Part shown: piece by piece, positions 9,991-19,540 of the stretch
How positions within the stretch are numbered: the stretch's first letter is position 1
Layout: each line of letters begins with the position of its first letter
Assembly: GCA_020724845.1 (NCBI GenBank)
Contig: DYGE01000004.1
Coordinates: 29,751 to 93,750 of the forward strand
From: Candidatus Paceibacter sp.
GTDB lineage: Bacteria > Patescibacteriota > Minisyncoccia > UBA6257 > 02-FULL-45-10c
Direction of reading: 5' to 3'
DNA: 64,000 bases
Position numbers and translations under genes: made by a program
The notes under the pieces: generated by a model
What the model saw: the letters and a program-made list of their open reading frames with translations, nothing else
Database searches by the model: none
Told to the model about the DNA's origin: nothing

Positions 9991-10184
9991 TACTCACCCC
10001 CTTGCTGGGGAACGTCTTCGGGTTCCAGATCCTTTCCTACGCCGGCGTCGTTATAAAAATCTTCCAACACATCTTCAACGCCTTCAACATCTTGCTCTTC
10101 CTGCTCCTCTTCTTCCTGCTCTTCCTCTTCCTTCTTTTTCTTTTTATTCTTTTTCTTTTTCTTTACTTTATCCTGCTCGGACAT
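9990..10184 (-). CDS. pup: prokaryotic ubiquitin-like protein Pup (C-terminal GGE)
   Basis: 64 aa, highly charged and disordered; C-terminus …EDVPQQGGE; sits between the Dop-like and PafA-like genes as in canonical dop-pup synteny; poly-K/poly-E N-terminus. Confidence 0.7.
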   Translation of the reverse strand: MSEQDKVKKKKKNKKKKKEEEEQEEEEQEEQDVEGVEDVLEDFYNDAGVGKDLEPEDVPQQGGE

Positions 10185-10198
10185 CCAAACCTCAACTC

Positions 10199-11662
10199 TT
10201 AGCGATCTAATTCCGATAATATCATATCCGCCCCCAGTTTATCAAGCGACGGCTCATCAAAATCCAGATGTATCATTCTGTCGCCGCTTCTCATATAAGC
10301 AGAACCCCAATTCATATGCACGATTCCGGATCCAAATCTTTTGATAATTTCAGAACGCAGATAAGCCTTGGTGTCGTTCGGCGGATTAGATGTGGCCAAC
10401 TTGATAGAATCACTATCCAGCAGTTTGGCGCCTCTTACTTTTTCGGATAATTTCAAATGCGGATTGCGAGGATAAATCTCTCGAAAAGAACGGAGGTTCT
10501 TTTTAGCTTCGGCTGGACGGCTCTCCATTATTTTCCAGGCCGTTGCCCAGTCCAACCTGCCAAAGGCCAGAGCGGGATCCTTCTCTAAAATCTCTAATAA
10601 TTCTTCTGCTCGCTTTACGGCAAGCAAGTGCTGATCCGTCATCGGAGTGCCAGAAAGATAATCTCTGGCCTTCGATAAATAGTACCTAAGTATTTCCATG
10701 CCAGTCAGTTTTTTGCCATTTTCCATCCGAATCCGATCGCGGAATTTTAAATCGCGTGAAACCTTAATCATGGCTTCAACGGGCTTCCAAGGCATCATAT
10801 TCCTAGAAAGGAATTTATCCTCTATCATCGCTAGCACGACCTGGGTCAGGGCGACTTTCAAAAAAATAGCTTCTTCGCACAAAAGCGCGTCAGTGGAAAT
10901 ATCATGTAAGCGATAATATTTCCCAAAATCAGCATGGGGCTCGTCTCTAAGATTGAAAATAGGCCGTTCGCTGGTTGTGTTATATCCCACCAGATTTTCA
11001 AAAAAATCAGCCCTTTGAGAAATCTGAAAACGGCAGCTTGGCCGCTTGTTCTCCGATCCGAACTTGCCAGCCCCGATTAGAACCATCCTCGCAATCTGAA
11101 ATGGCATATAATGCCTGACGAGATAGGCGTGTCGGTCGTGTTCCACCGCGGCCCGATTAAGAAGCATGTTCAGGTGACAGCCATAACTATTACCCAACCC
11201 GTCGCTGTTATTCTTGTGCAAATAAAGAAGATATCCTTCCCGATCTTTTTGGCGGTAAAATAAATCCGCAGCGGCAAGCATAACTAGCTCGCTTGCCTTG
11301 TCATGGGCGACTAAATCCAGCGGCTTGAGGCATTCGGGAGTAGAATATTCCGGATGAGCGACATCCAGATAAAACCTGGCCCCATTATCCAAGAAGCCGT
11401 CGGCTGAATTGCCAGAGCGCTCAATAATGCCGCGATGCAGCTTCTCTATAAGAGTCTCTTCTTCATCATCGTCCGGCGGCCTTCTCGCCTCCCGGGACCT
11501 ATCGTAACGAGCGGCTTTCTGAAGGTTTAAGTAATCTCTTACAAAAGCATGAGAAAGCTCCGAATAAGCGCCTAAATCCACCGGATTCAATTCACTTCCA
11601 GATTTCCGAAGAATAGCAAAACCGAATTCGTTTTCTATTCCACAAACCTTAGGAACAGCCAT
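10199..11662 (-). CDS. dop: Dop/PafA-family enzyme, Dop-like (depupylase/deamidase candidate)
   Basis: VCGIENEFG, NGARFYLDVAHPEYSTPEC, HKNNSDGLGNSYGCHLN, IGAGKFG, ISQRADF, RPIFNLRDEPHAD match PafA/Dop; ~70-aa acidic insertion after the N-terminal motif resembles the Dop loop. Confidence 0.8.
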   Translation of the reverse strand: MAVPKVCGIENEFGFAILRKSGSELNPVDLGAYSELSHAFVRDYLNLQKAARYDRSREARRPPDDDEEETLIEKLHRGIIERSGNSADGFLDNGARFYLDVAHPEYSTPECLKPLDLVAHDKASELVMLAAADLFYRQKDREGYLLYLHKNNSDGLGNSYGCHLNMLLNRAAVEHDRHAYLVRHYMPFQIARMVLIGAGKFGSENKRPSCRFQISQRADFFENLVGYNTTSERPIFNLRDEPHADFGKYYRLHDISTDALLCEEAIFLKVALTQVVLAMIEDKFLSRNMMPWKPVEAMIKVSRDLKFRDRIRMENGKKLTGMEILRYYLSKARDYLSGTPMTDQHLLAVKRAEELLEILEKDPALAFGRLDWATAWKIMESRPAEAKKNLRSFREIYPRNPHLKLSEKVRGAKLLDSDSIKLATSNPPNDTKAYLRSEIIKRFGSGIVHMNWGSAYMRSGDRMIHLDFDEPSLDKLGADMILSELDR

Positions 11663-11753
11663 TTCATCTCCAAATAGCTGTCAAAGAGCAATTTAGTGTA
11701 TCTTAAAAGAATTAATCAATAATTACAAGAAAGCTTTAGAAGCCCAAAGCGGT

Positions 11754-11785
11754 GAATAAAAAATCTGCCGCTATGCGGCAGACTC
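11754..11785 (-). terminator. intrinsic terminator after the ARC/Mpa gene
   Basis: On the minus strand, hairpin TCTGCCGC-ATA-GCGGCAGA followed by TTTTTTATT. Confidence 0.6.
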
Positions 11786-11794
11786 AAACATAAT

Positions 11795-13642
11795 TTAATC
11801 CTCTTCTTTCGGCTTAAACCCGAGCGGCTTCTCCTTCACTTTTAGGAAACTATTCTTCAACCGTCGCATCTCCTCATCCACGGCCCGGAAAAAATCTTTC
11901 TTCATAACTTCTTCCTTCGCATTTGAAGGATTCTCTTCCCTTAAACGATTATACCTCTCCAACGCAATAAGCCTGGCGTTTTCTACAATACTGGCCAAAA
12001 TCGCTCCGGAGAGCCAATCCTTCAAATAGACATCCTCTTCGCCCTTTTGAGTAATGGCTCTAAACCTATTATCAACAATTGTGCTATCCGGCTCTCCATC
12101 CTCAAAATGCATTCTCACAGGAGAACCGGTATAAAGAATGCGATTAGTGATCATATCAATAATATGATTACGGACATTCTCTGGATCCTTCTTAAGCTCA
12201 ACTTTCTGTTCTTCTCCGCTGCCAAAATGGTCAATGTAAGTATAGGTATCTTGTTCAAAGTACTTGCTGGCAAATGGCATATCGGCAGTCAGATGAATCC
12301 TAAGGATTTCCTTGATATCCTTTTCAGACCGCGGCCTTGGGACTTCAACGTCAACACCTAGGCGCCCAGGGCGCAAGATCGCCTTGTCAATCAAATCTTT
12401 GCGGTTGGTAGCGCCAATAACTAGGACATTTCCGAGCGGATCCATCCCTTGCAGAATCGCGTTAAACTGCCCGATGTCAGTGCCCATCCAGGGCTCATGA
12501 GAAGCAGTGTCTCTGCTTCGCAGTAAAGAATCAATCTCATCAATAAAGACAATAACTAGCCACCCCTGACTGGCTAGCTCCTTAGCGCGAGCGAAAATCT
12601 CTCTCATCTTTCTGGCGGTTTCTCCAACAAACTTATCGGTCAAATCCGCTCCCGCAAACTGCATGAATCCGACTTTCAACCCCCTGGATTTGCCAACGTC
12701 AGCGGCAATAACCTGCGCAAGCAGAGTTTTGCCGCAACCTTCAGGACCGTGGAGAATAAGGCCCTTCGGCGGATTTTTGCCCTTGAATTTAGCGTATACC
12801 TCCGGAATCTTGAAAGGCAGTAAGCTTCGCTTAATCTTTTTAACCGCCCTGGAAAGTCCTCCGACATGAGACCAATCCTTGTCTCTGATCTCCTCAATGT
12901 CAAAAAATCTTTCCGCGCCCTCCACCTTCGGAAGAAGCTTTAGCAAAAGACCATTATAGTTAAGCAGATAATCGCCGTCCTTAAGCTTCTGGTCTTTGAG
13001 TTCCGGGCTGAGGAAGCACTGAAAGAGCGAGCCTCCTTCACCGCTGACCAAGGCCTCTTCGTCATTCAACTTTTCTTTGAAGCTGACCACCGAGCCTCGG
13101 AAATGGTGTTTTTTAGTAAGGCCAACTATATTTCCGGTTTCCGGATCTAAGAGCACCTCCCAACCGCACTTCAAATCTGCAGCAGATAACCCCGGCATGG
13201 CCAAATGCACTTTGCGCATTTCATCGTCAACCAGAATATCAACCTCATCAGCATCACCTCCAGGATGCGGCCGAATAAAAACTCCATACTTGCTGGCGGC
13301 GCCCTGCCTGCTCTTTTCCGCCTGCTCATGCTGTTTGGCAATCTTCGTTAATCGCTCCAAGGCCTTGGCGTACGCCTTATTCGCCCTATCCAGCTTCTGG
13401 CCGCGCTCCTCGCATTCCTTAATCCGCCTCCTAAGAGCTCGTATTATAATCTTGGAATTCTCTCTATCGGTCTCCAACTTTCTAAGCAAGTCCTCCAGGT
13501 CTTTATCGTCGCCATCTCCGGATTTCTTTCTCTTTTTACCGCTTAAAAATAACTCCAACAATTCGTCCAAGAAGTCTTTCGGGTCATTCTCTTGGTTCAT
13601 TTTCAATTTGCAAGGTTCAAGATTTTGAATAAAATATAGCAT
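11795..13642 (-). CDS. arc: ARC/Mpa-type AAA+ ATPase (proteasome-associated ATPase homolog)
   Basis: N-terminal coiled coil, OB-like interdomain (KYGVFIRP…), one AAA module (GPEGCGKTLLA…, VIVFIDEIDS); no C-terminal GQYL/HbYX; likely true start is MNQEN at 13600. Confidence 0.85.
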   Translation of the reverse strand: MLYFIQNLEPCKLKMNQENDPKDFLDELLELFLSGKKRKKSGDGDDKDLEDLLRKLETDRENSKIIIRALRRRIKECEERGQKLDRANKAYAKALERLTKIAKQHEQAEKSRQGAASKYGVFIRPHPGGDADEVDILVDDEMRKVHLAMPGLSAADLKCGWEVLLDPETGNIVGLTKKHHFRGSVVSFKEKLNDEEALVSGEGGSLFQCFLSPELKDQKLKDGDYLLNYNGLLLKLLPKVEGAERFFDIEEIRDKDWSHVGGLSRAVKKIKRSLLPFKIPEVYAKFKGKNPPKGLILHGPEGCGKTLLAQVIAADVGKSRGLKVGFMQFAGADLTDKFVGETARKMREIFARAKELASQGWLVIVFIDEIDSLLRSRDTASHEPWMGTDIGQFNAILQGMDPLGNVLVIGATNRKDLIDKAILRPGRLGVDVEVPRPRSEKDIKEILRIHLTADMPFASKYFEQDTYTYIDHFGSGEEQKVELKKDPENVRNHIIDMITNRILYTGSPVRMHFEDGEPDSTIVDNRFRAITQKGEEDVYLKDWLSGAILASIVENARLIALERYNRLREENPSNAKEEVMKKDFFRAVDEEMRRLKNSFLKVKEKPLGFKPKEED

Positions 13643-13685
13643 TTTCAGCTAAGTTATGACAAGGAGGCTTGGGTATCCTGGCCTC

Positions 13686-13716
13686 CTGGCAACAAAAAAC
13701 ACCGAATAAATCGGTG
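13686..13716 (-). terminator. intrinsic terminator after the 13717..14271 gene
   Basis: On the minus strand, hairpin AACACCGA-TTTAT-TCGGTGTT followed by TTTTTG. Confidence 0.5.
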
Positions 13717-14271
13717 TTACATAGTGCCAGCGGAAAGACAAGTCAGGATGGCCTGCCACGCCGATCTTCCAGTCGGCCTTAAATCGCTCTTTCTGACTTT
13801 AGATAAATAGACTCCTCCAGGGAAGGCCTGAATGGGGCAATGGACGGAACACCAGACAACCCCGCGCTCATCCGGCCCGGATTCATTAGTGACAATCCCC
13901 AAAGTATAACGCCCGCTTCCGGGAACTATTTCAAACTCAACCTCATAGGCGCCCTGCGTCTTTATTCTTTCCAAGAAATCCATGAATTTGATCAAAGACC
14001 CGACTAGCGGCAGATTGCCAAGTAAGCTAGATATTAGATCCTTGAAGCTGGGTAGATTCAGAAGGAATCCGGTTCCATAGGATGCCAAAGCTACGCAAAG
14101 AATATTCAGAAAAAAATTCAGAGTCTGATTTTCGTAAAAATGCCAGCCGACGGTATGTACTATATTCCAAACGCCATGGCCCAGGTAAGCGGCCACTATA
14201 AAAAGCAGGATAAATAAAAAGCCGTTTCGGAGAATGACGTAATGCTTGCTAAGAAAGCTCTCTTTTTCCAC
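13717..14271 (-). CDS. hypothetical membrane protein
   Basis: Several predicted TM helices; no recognised motif. Confidence 0.4.
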   Translation of the reverse strand: MEKESFLSKHYVILRNGFLFILLFIVAAYLGHGVWNIVHTVGWHFYENQTLNFFLNILCVALASYGTGFLLNLPSFKDLISSLLGNLPLVGSLIKFMDFLERIKTQGAYEVEFEIVPGSGRYTLGIVTNESGPDERGVVWCSVHCPIQAFPGGVYLSKVRKSDLRPTGRSAWQAILTCLSAGTM

Positions 14272-14806
14272 TCTGACCAGCCAAAACCGGTTTGTAGGGA
14301 CCTAAGAGTAAATTTACTATAAAAACACTCAAAATACCAACTATTAATCCTCCTAAAATGTCTGTCGGCCAATGGATTCCTACGAAAACTCTGGCAAGGC
14401 CCATAACAAAGACTACCGCAAAAACATACCACGACAACCTTCGATTGATTAAAAATATGACACCGGCCAAAGCAAAATAAAAAGAAGCGTGCCCGGAAGG
14501 AAAGGCGCCTTTTTCAACTTGCTCAATTAAAGGAACTATATCTAATACAGAGAAAGGCCGGGGGCGATAATAGAAAAACCGAATCACCTCGGTTATAAGC
14601 CCGCGCGACAAAATGGCGGCAAGAACGAAGATAGAAAAATAATGAAATCTTTCCTTCCGGCTCTCAAAACCGAACAAAAGAAAAATCGCCAACGCGACAA
14701 GCAGATACCCAGAATATTCGGCAAAAAAGATGCCCCAAAAATCCAATAACTGGCTTTTGCCAGCTAGATTATTAACAAGCGCGAATATCGATTGATCGAA
14801 ACCCAA
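14249..14806 (-). CDS. PAP2-family phosphatase (undecaprenyl-diphosphatase / phosphatidate phosphatase-like)
   Basis: PAP2 motifs (…PSGHASF…), multi-TM. Confidence 0.7.
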   Translation of the reverse strand: MGFDQSIFALVNNLAGKSQLLDFWGIFFAEYSGYLLVALAIFLLFGFESRKERFHYFSIFVLAAILSRGLITEVIRFFYYRPRPFSVLDIVPLIEQVEKGAFPSGHASFYFALAGVIFLINRRLSWYVFAVVFVMGLARVFVGIHWPTDILGGLIVGILSVFIVNLLLGPYKPVLAGQSGKRELS

Positions 14807-14824
14807 TGTTGAGATTCTTAATAG

Positions 14825-15025
14825 TTATCGCCTGGTAAAAGGAAGCAATCCTAAATATCGAGAACGCTTTATGGCCCGAGCTAAGTTCCGCTGGTGCTTG
14901 GCGCAAGTGCCGGAAAATTTGGGGTCAATAATTTTTGCCTGACCGGAAATGAACTTCTTAAGAAGCTCTGAATCTTTGTAATCAATCTCGTTTAGGTTCT
15001 GTGAGCAAAAATAGCACTGTTTCAT
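14825..15025 (-). CDS. rpsR: 30S ribosomal protein S18
   Basis: CYFCSQN…RYLGLLPF typical bS18; downstream of ssb. Confidence 0.85.
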   Translation of the reverse strand: MKQCYFCSQNLNEIDYKDSELLKKFISGQAKIIDPKFSGTCAKHQRNLARAIKRSRYLGLLPFTRR

Positions 15026-15030
15026 ATCAG

Positions 15031-15459
15031 TTAGAATGGCAAGTCTTCTGCCTTAATTTCATCATCTTCAACATCTACCGTCGGCAAAGATTCGGATTTT
15101 TCGGAAGCGGTGCTTGACCTTCCGCCTCCTGCCGGGCGCGGACCCAATTGCATCCGCTCACAAATAACTTCAGTTGTTTTCCGCTTTTGGCCGTCCTTTC
15201 CTTCCCAATCCCTAGTCTGAAGCCTGCCCTCTATTAAAACCAAGCTCCCCTTAACTAGAAAACGGCTGGCAACTTCTGCTTGGCGGCCCCAAACCACTAT
15301 ATTATGAAATTCAGTGCTTTCCTTTTTCGCCCCAGAAGGATCGTTCCAAACCCTATTAGTGGCAACGGAAAAACTGGTTACTTGAGCGCCCCCCTGAGTA
15401 GAACGAAGCTGAGGGTCCGCCGTAACTCTGCCTAAAATAAATACTTTGTTTAAATTCAT
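15031..15459 (-). CDS. ssb: single-stranded DNA-binding protein
   Basis: OB fold (MNLNKVFILGRVTADP…IVVWGRQAE), acidic C-terminal tail ending EDLPF. Confidence 0.9.
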   Translation of the reverse strand: MNLNKVFILGRVTADPQLRSTQGGAQVTSFSVATNRVWNDPSGAKKESTEFHNIVVWGRQAEVASRFLVKGSLVLIEGRLQTRDWEGKDGQKRKTTEVICERMQLGPRPAGGGRSSTASEKSESLPTVDVEDDEIKAEDLPF

Positions 15460-15464
15460 ATTTT

Positions 15465-15905
15465 TTATTTTAAAATCTCCTCTAATTTTTCTTCCAACGC
15501 CTCATTAGTCAGAACTCCGCCGCTTTTCGAAGGAGCCACGGTTGCCAAATCAGCGCCTGCTCCGATTTTTTGATCTTTCATTTCCTTTCTTGGAGATCTT
15601 TGCGGCTTGCCGCCTTTGGAAATCGGCGGCGTCACCAACAGGGTGCGCAAAACGGCCGGCTTCAATTTGAGCGACTGAGTTACCTTCTCTACCACTTCAG
15701 GAGAAGAACGGAAATGGAGAAAGCCAAAATAGGCATGGCTAGTTTTCTTGATAGGATACGCCAATCTGATCTCTGCCACAGGAGAGCTGTAAAAAACCTC
15801 CCCCCCATATTGATTAAGGATAGTTTTTATATCATCCCCGGCCTCTTGATTGGCCACCACAAAGGAAATTTCGTATTCTTTTGTATCTTTATTGCCTTGA
15901 TTCAT
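15465..15905 (-). CDS. rpsF: 30S ribosomal protein S6
   Basis: N-terminal bS6-like region (YEISFVV…), conserved rpsF-ssb-rpsR order; C-terminal extension. Confidence 0.75.
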   Translation of the reverse strand: MNQGNKDTKEYEISFVVANQEAGDDIKTILNQYGGEVFYSSPVAEIRLAYPIKKTSHAYFGFLHFRSSPEVVEKVTQSLKLKPAVLRTLLVTPPISKGGKPQRSPRKEMKDQKIGAGADLATVAPSKSGGVLTNEALEEKLEEILK

Positions 15906-15945
15906 TAGTATCTTATACTAGCAGAATCCCGATAATATGTCTAGC

Positions 15946-18900
15946 TTAATCTTTGTCAGAGTCGGGGTCGGTGCCTGAAGATTCTCCGGCCGGATTTTCC
16001 TCCTTGTTATAGCCGGTTCCTACTGGTATCAACTTACCGATAATTACGTTTTCCTTCAGGCCGCGGAGAGAGTCTTCTCTGCCTTCGCTGGCAGCTGTAA
16101 TAAGCACTCTGGCTGTTTCTTGGAATGAAGCGGCGGACAGAAAACTCTGGGTGGACAAAGCTACCTTGGTTATTCCTAGCAGCAACTGTTGGGCTTTTGC
16201 CGGCTGCTTCCCGGCTTTTTTTGCTTCGCGGTTGACCTCCAGAAAACGCGACTTTTCTATGATCTCGCCGCCAACCAAGTCTGTATCACCGGATTCTTTG
16301 ACTTTGACTCTGGAGAACATTTGTCTGACGATAATCTCAATATGCTTGTTATTGATTGAAGCTCCTTCCGAAATATAGATCCTCAAAACTTCGTTGGTAA
16401 TATATTTTTCTACCGCTTTATTGCCTCTCAAGAGGAATAGGTCTTTCAAATCCAGCGCGCCTTCGGAAAGTTGGTCACCCTTTTTAACAGAATCTCCAAC
16501 TTTAACGAATACAGCAGAAAGGCGCGGAATCAAATATTCATAAACTTTCTCTTTTTTGCCCTTGGCAGCGGCTTTCAGACGGATGAGCTTGAGCGGACCC
16601 CGCTCTTCAATGCCGTCAATCGTGCCATCATCCTCCGCTAAAAAAGCGCGGCCCTTCGGCGGACGGCTTTCAAAAAGCTCTTCCACCCGAGGCAAACCAT
16701 GAGTAATGTCTCCTCCGGCGACTCCGCCAGTGTGGAAAGTTCTCATAGTTAACTGGGTGCCAGGCTCTCCGATTGATTGAGCGGCGACTATACCAACAGA
16801 AGCCCCTAGTTTAACCGGCTGGTTATTACCAAGATCGAAACCATAGCACTTGGAACAAATGCCATAGAGCGTCTTACAGGTAATCGGGGAACGAACTTTG
16901 ACCGTTTCCAACTTAGTGTCTTGTAATTCTCTAGCGATTTCCCGATTTATTATTTCTCCCGCCTTAACAACAGTCTTTCGGTCTACTTTAACATCTTCCA
17001 AAGCAGTGCGAGAAAATAGCTGATCGCTAAAATTCAAGCCAAACTGGGCCCCTTCCGACCTGCTAAGCTCAATTCCCTCTTTAGTCTTACAATCTAATTC
17101 CTTAATAACTAAGTCTTGAGAAACATCAACCAGCCGCCTGGTCAAATAACCGGCTGAAGCGGTTTTCAGAGCGGTGTCAGTAGTTCCCTTTCTGGCTCCG
17201 TGAGTAGAAATGAAGTATTCCAGAACGCTCAATCCTTCTTTCAAAGAGGATTTTACCGGAAGTTCAATAGTTTCATTTTTCGGATTTGCCACCAAGCCCT
17301 TCATTCCAATCATTTGCACCGGCTGAGACCAAGTACCTCTAGCCCCAGAATCAATAATGGAAAAAATCGGATTTTCGTCAGATAAGGACTGGGGAACCAA
17401 TTTACTAACCGTCTCTTTTACTTTCTCCCAAACGCTAAGCACCCTGGCCCTTCTCTCAGAGTTAGTCAAAAGGCCATCCTCGTATTGGGATCTGATAACC
17501 GCTACTTCTTCGTTAGCTTTTTCCAATAAAGCTTGCTTGTCTTCCGGCGTCTTAAGGTCGCTCATAGACCAAGTAATGCCGGAGCGAGTCGCGTACTCAA
17601 AACCAAGCTTTTTCATCGCGTCAAGATAATGGCTGGACTCCTCATTTCCATATCGATGGATAATTTCTCCGACCAGATTGGTAACATCCTTTTTGCGAAG
17701 AGTTTTATTAACAAAACCGAGGTTCTCCGGGAGGATGTCGTTAAAAATAATCCGGCCGCAAGATGTTTCGACTCTTTTATTTTCGATCCTGACTTGAACA
17801 GGAGAATTAATATCAATTACTCCATTCTCATAGGCAACAATGGCGTCATTGATTCCGTAAAACTCCTTGCCAGCGCCCTTGCCTTTTTTATTTAACTTGG
17901 TTAGGAAATAAATTCCTAAAATTATATCTTGAGTCGGGTGAGCAATAGGATCACCGGTAGCCGGCTTCAATAAATTTCGACTGGAAAGCATTATTTCAGA
18001 GGCCTCTTTCTGGGCGCCTTCGGACAAAGGCAAATGAACAGCCATTTGGTCTCCGTCAAAGTCCGCGTTAAAAGCGGTAGTAACCATCGGAGGGATGCGA
18101 ATAGCTAAATCTTCAATTAAAACCGGCTTAAAGGCCTGGACGCCGAGACGATGGAGGGTCGGAGCGCGGTTAAGCAAAACCTTCCGGTCCGCAATAACTT
18201 CTTCCAAAATAGCCCAAATTTCCGGAGGAGTTTGTTCAATCAACCTGTTAGAATTTCTAATGTTATGAGCAAGGCCTCTCTCAATAATCTTATTGATTAC
18301 GAAGGGTTTAAAAAGCTCCAGAGCCAACTTCTTCGGCAATCCGCATTCGTGGAGCTTGAGATTAGGGCCGATAGCAATAACCGATCTTCCAGAATAGTCA
18401 ACTCTTTTACCAAGCAAGTTCTGCCTGAACCTTCCCTGTTTGCCCTTAAGCATGTCGGAAATTGACCTCAATGGGCGGCGCTGGCTGGACATTTGCTGGG
18501 TTCCAAATCTCACAGAGTTATCAAATAAAGCATCCACGGACTCTTGGAGCATTCTTTTCTCGTTAACAACGATTACATCCGGGGCGTTAAGCTCAAGAAG
18601 CTTCTTTAATCGATTATTTCTGTTGATCACTCTGCGGTATAAATCATTCAGGTCGGAAGTAGCATAGCGGCCGCCGTCTAAAGCAACCATCGGTCGAAGT
18701 TCCGGAGGCAGGACTGGCAGAACATTCAAAATCATCCACTCTGGGCGCATATTCTCGGCATGCATTGACTTAACAAGCTTTAAGCGCTTCAAAAGCCGCT
18801 TCTCATGGACGGTATCCTTGCTGGTTTCCAGCTCTTTTTGAATTTCTTTTGTCAGCTGATTTAAATTGACTTGCTCCAAAATCTTTTGCAGCGCCTCCGC

Positions 18901-19530
18901 TCCCGTTCCAGCCTCAAAGACATCGCCGAACTTTCTAGCTAAATTGTGGAATTCTGTCTGGGTCAAAATAGTCCCAACCTTCAGCGACTCAACTGCCTTC
19001 TTGCTCTCTGACAATCCGGACCGCAGCTCGGCAGTCTTCACCCCCTCCTTTCTGGCAGTTTTTTTCCTGGCTTCAAACTCCTTTTCCAAATCTTTAAGAA
19101 CCCGATCTTTATTCTCCTGATTGACAGAGGTGATGATATAAGAAATGTAATAAACAACCTTTTCCAATTTTGGGACCGGCACATCCAAAACCAAGCTCAG
19201 CTTGGAAGGCGTGCTTCGCAAAAACCAAATATGGGCTACCGGCGTAGCCAGTTTAATATGCCCCATCCGTTCACGGCGTACGATTGAACGAGTAACTTCC
19301 ACCCCGCAACGATCGCAAACTATTCCCTTGTAACGGATCCTTCGGTATTTACCGCAATAACATTCCCAATCCTTGGTAGGGCCGAAAATTCTTTCGGAGA
19401 ATAAACCGTCTTTTTCCGGACGCTGCGTTCGATAATTAATAGTTTCCGGCTTAATCACTTCGCCATAAGACCAGCGAAGAATGTCGTCTGGAGATGCAAT
19501 TTTAAGTTTTAACGCTTTTAGATTATCCAT
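15946..19530 (-). CDS. rpoC: DNA-directed RNA polymerase subunit beta'
   Basis: Zn-binding CX2C…CX2C, NADFDGDQM catalytic motif, trigger-loop region. Confidence 0.97.
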   Translation of the reverse strand: MDNLKALKLKIASPDDILRWSYGEVIKPETINYRTQRPEKDGLFSERIFGPTKDWECYCGKYRRIRYKGIVCDRCGVEVTRSIVRRERMGHIKLATPVAHIWFLRSTPSKLSLVLDVPVPKLEKVVYYISYIITSVNQENKDRVLKDLEKEFEARKKTARKEGVKTAELRSGLSESKKAVESLKVGTILTQTEFHNLARKFGDVFEAGTGAEALQKILEQVNLNQLTKEIQKELETSKDTVHEKRLLKRLKLVKSMHAENMRPEWMILNVLPVLPPELRPMVALDGGRYATSDLNDLYRRVINRNNRLKKLLELNAPDVIVVNEKRMLQESVDALFDNSVRFGTQQMSSQRRPLRSISDMLKGKQGRFRQNLLGKRVDYSGRSVIAIGPNLKLHECGLPKKLALELFKPFVINKIIERGLAHNIRNSNRLIEQTPPEIWAILEEVIADRKVLLNRAPTLHRLGVQAFKPVLIEDLAIRIPPMVTTAFNADFDGDQMAVHLPLSEGAQKEASEIMLSSRNLLKPATGDPIAHPTQDIILGIYFLTKLNKKGKGAGKEFYGINDAIVAYENGVIDINSPVQVRIENKRVETSCGRIIFNDILPENLGFVNKTLRKKDVTNLVGEIIHRYGNEESSHYLDAMKKLGFEYATRSGITWSMSDLKTPEDKQALLEKANEEVAVIRSQYEDGLLTNSERRARVLSVWEKVKETVSKLVPQSLSDENPIFSIIDSGARGTWSQPVQMIGMKGLVANPKNETIELPVKSSLKEGLSVLEYFISTHGARKGTTDTALKTASAGYLTRRLVDVSQDLVIKELDCKTKEGIELSRSEGAQFGLNFSDQLFSRTALEDVKVDRKTVVKAGEIINREIARELQDTKLETVKVRSPITCKTLYGICSKCYGFDLGNNQPVKLGASVGIVAAQSIGEPGTQLTMRTFHTGGVAGGDITHGLPRVEELFESRPPKGRAFLAEDDGTIDGIEERGPLKLIRLKAAAKGKKEKVYEYLIPRLSAVFVKVGDSVKKGDQLSEGALDLKDLFLLRGNKAVEKYITNEVLRIYISEGASINNKHIEIIVRQMFSRVKVKESGDTDLVGGEIIEKSRFLEVNREAKKAGKQPAKAQQLLLGITKVALSTQSFLSAASFQETARVLITAASEGREDSLRGLKENVIIGKLIPVGTGYNKEENPAGESSGTDPDSDKD

Positions 19531-19540
19531 AGTAATTTTA

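Noticed and set aside
9957-10210. Two plus-strand ORFs (Leu/Phe-rich) antisense to pup
   Set aside because: They are artefacts of the polypyrimidine tract; the minus-strand frame gives a Pup-like C-terminus in the correct syntenic position.
9906-13642. 20S proteasome subunit genes (prcA/prcB) in the pup locus
   Set aside because: No ORF with an Ntn-hydrolase-like N-terminus or 20S size exists between the arc, dop, pup and pafA-like genes, so the locus is called proteasome-less within this window.
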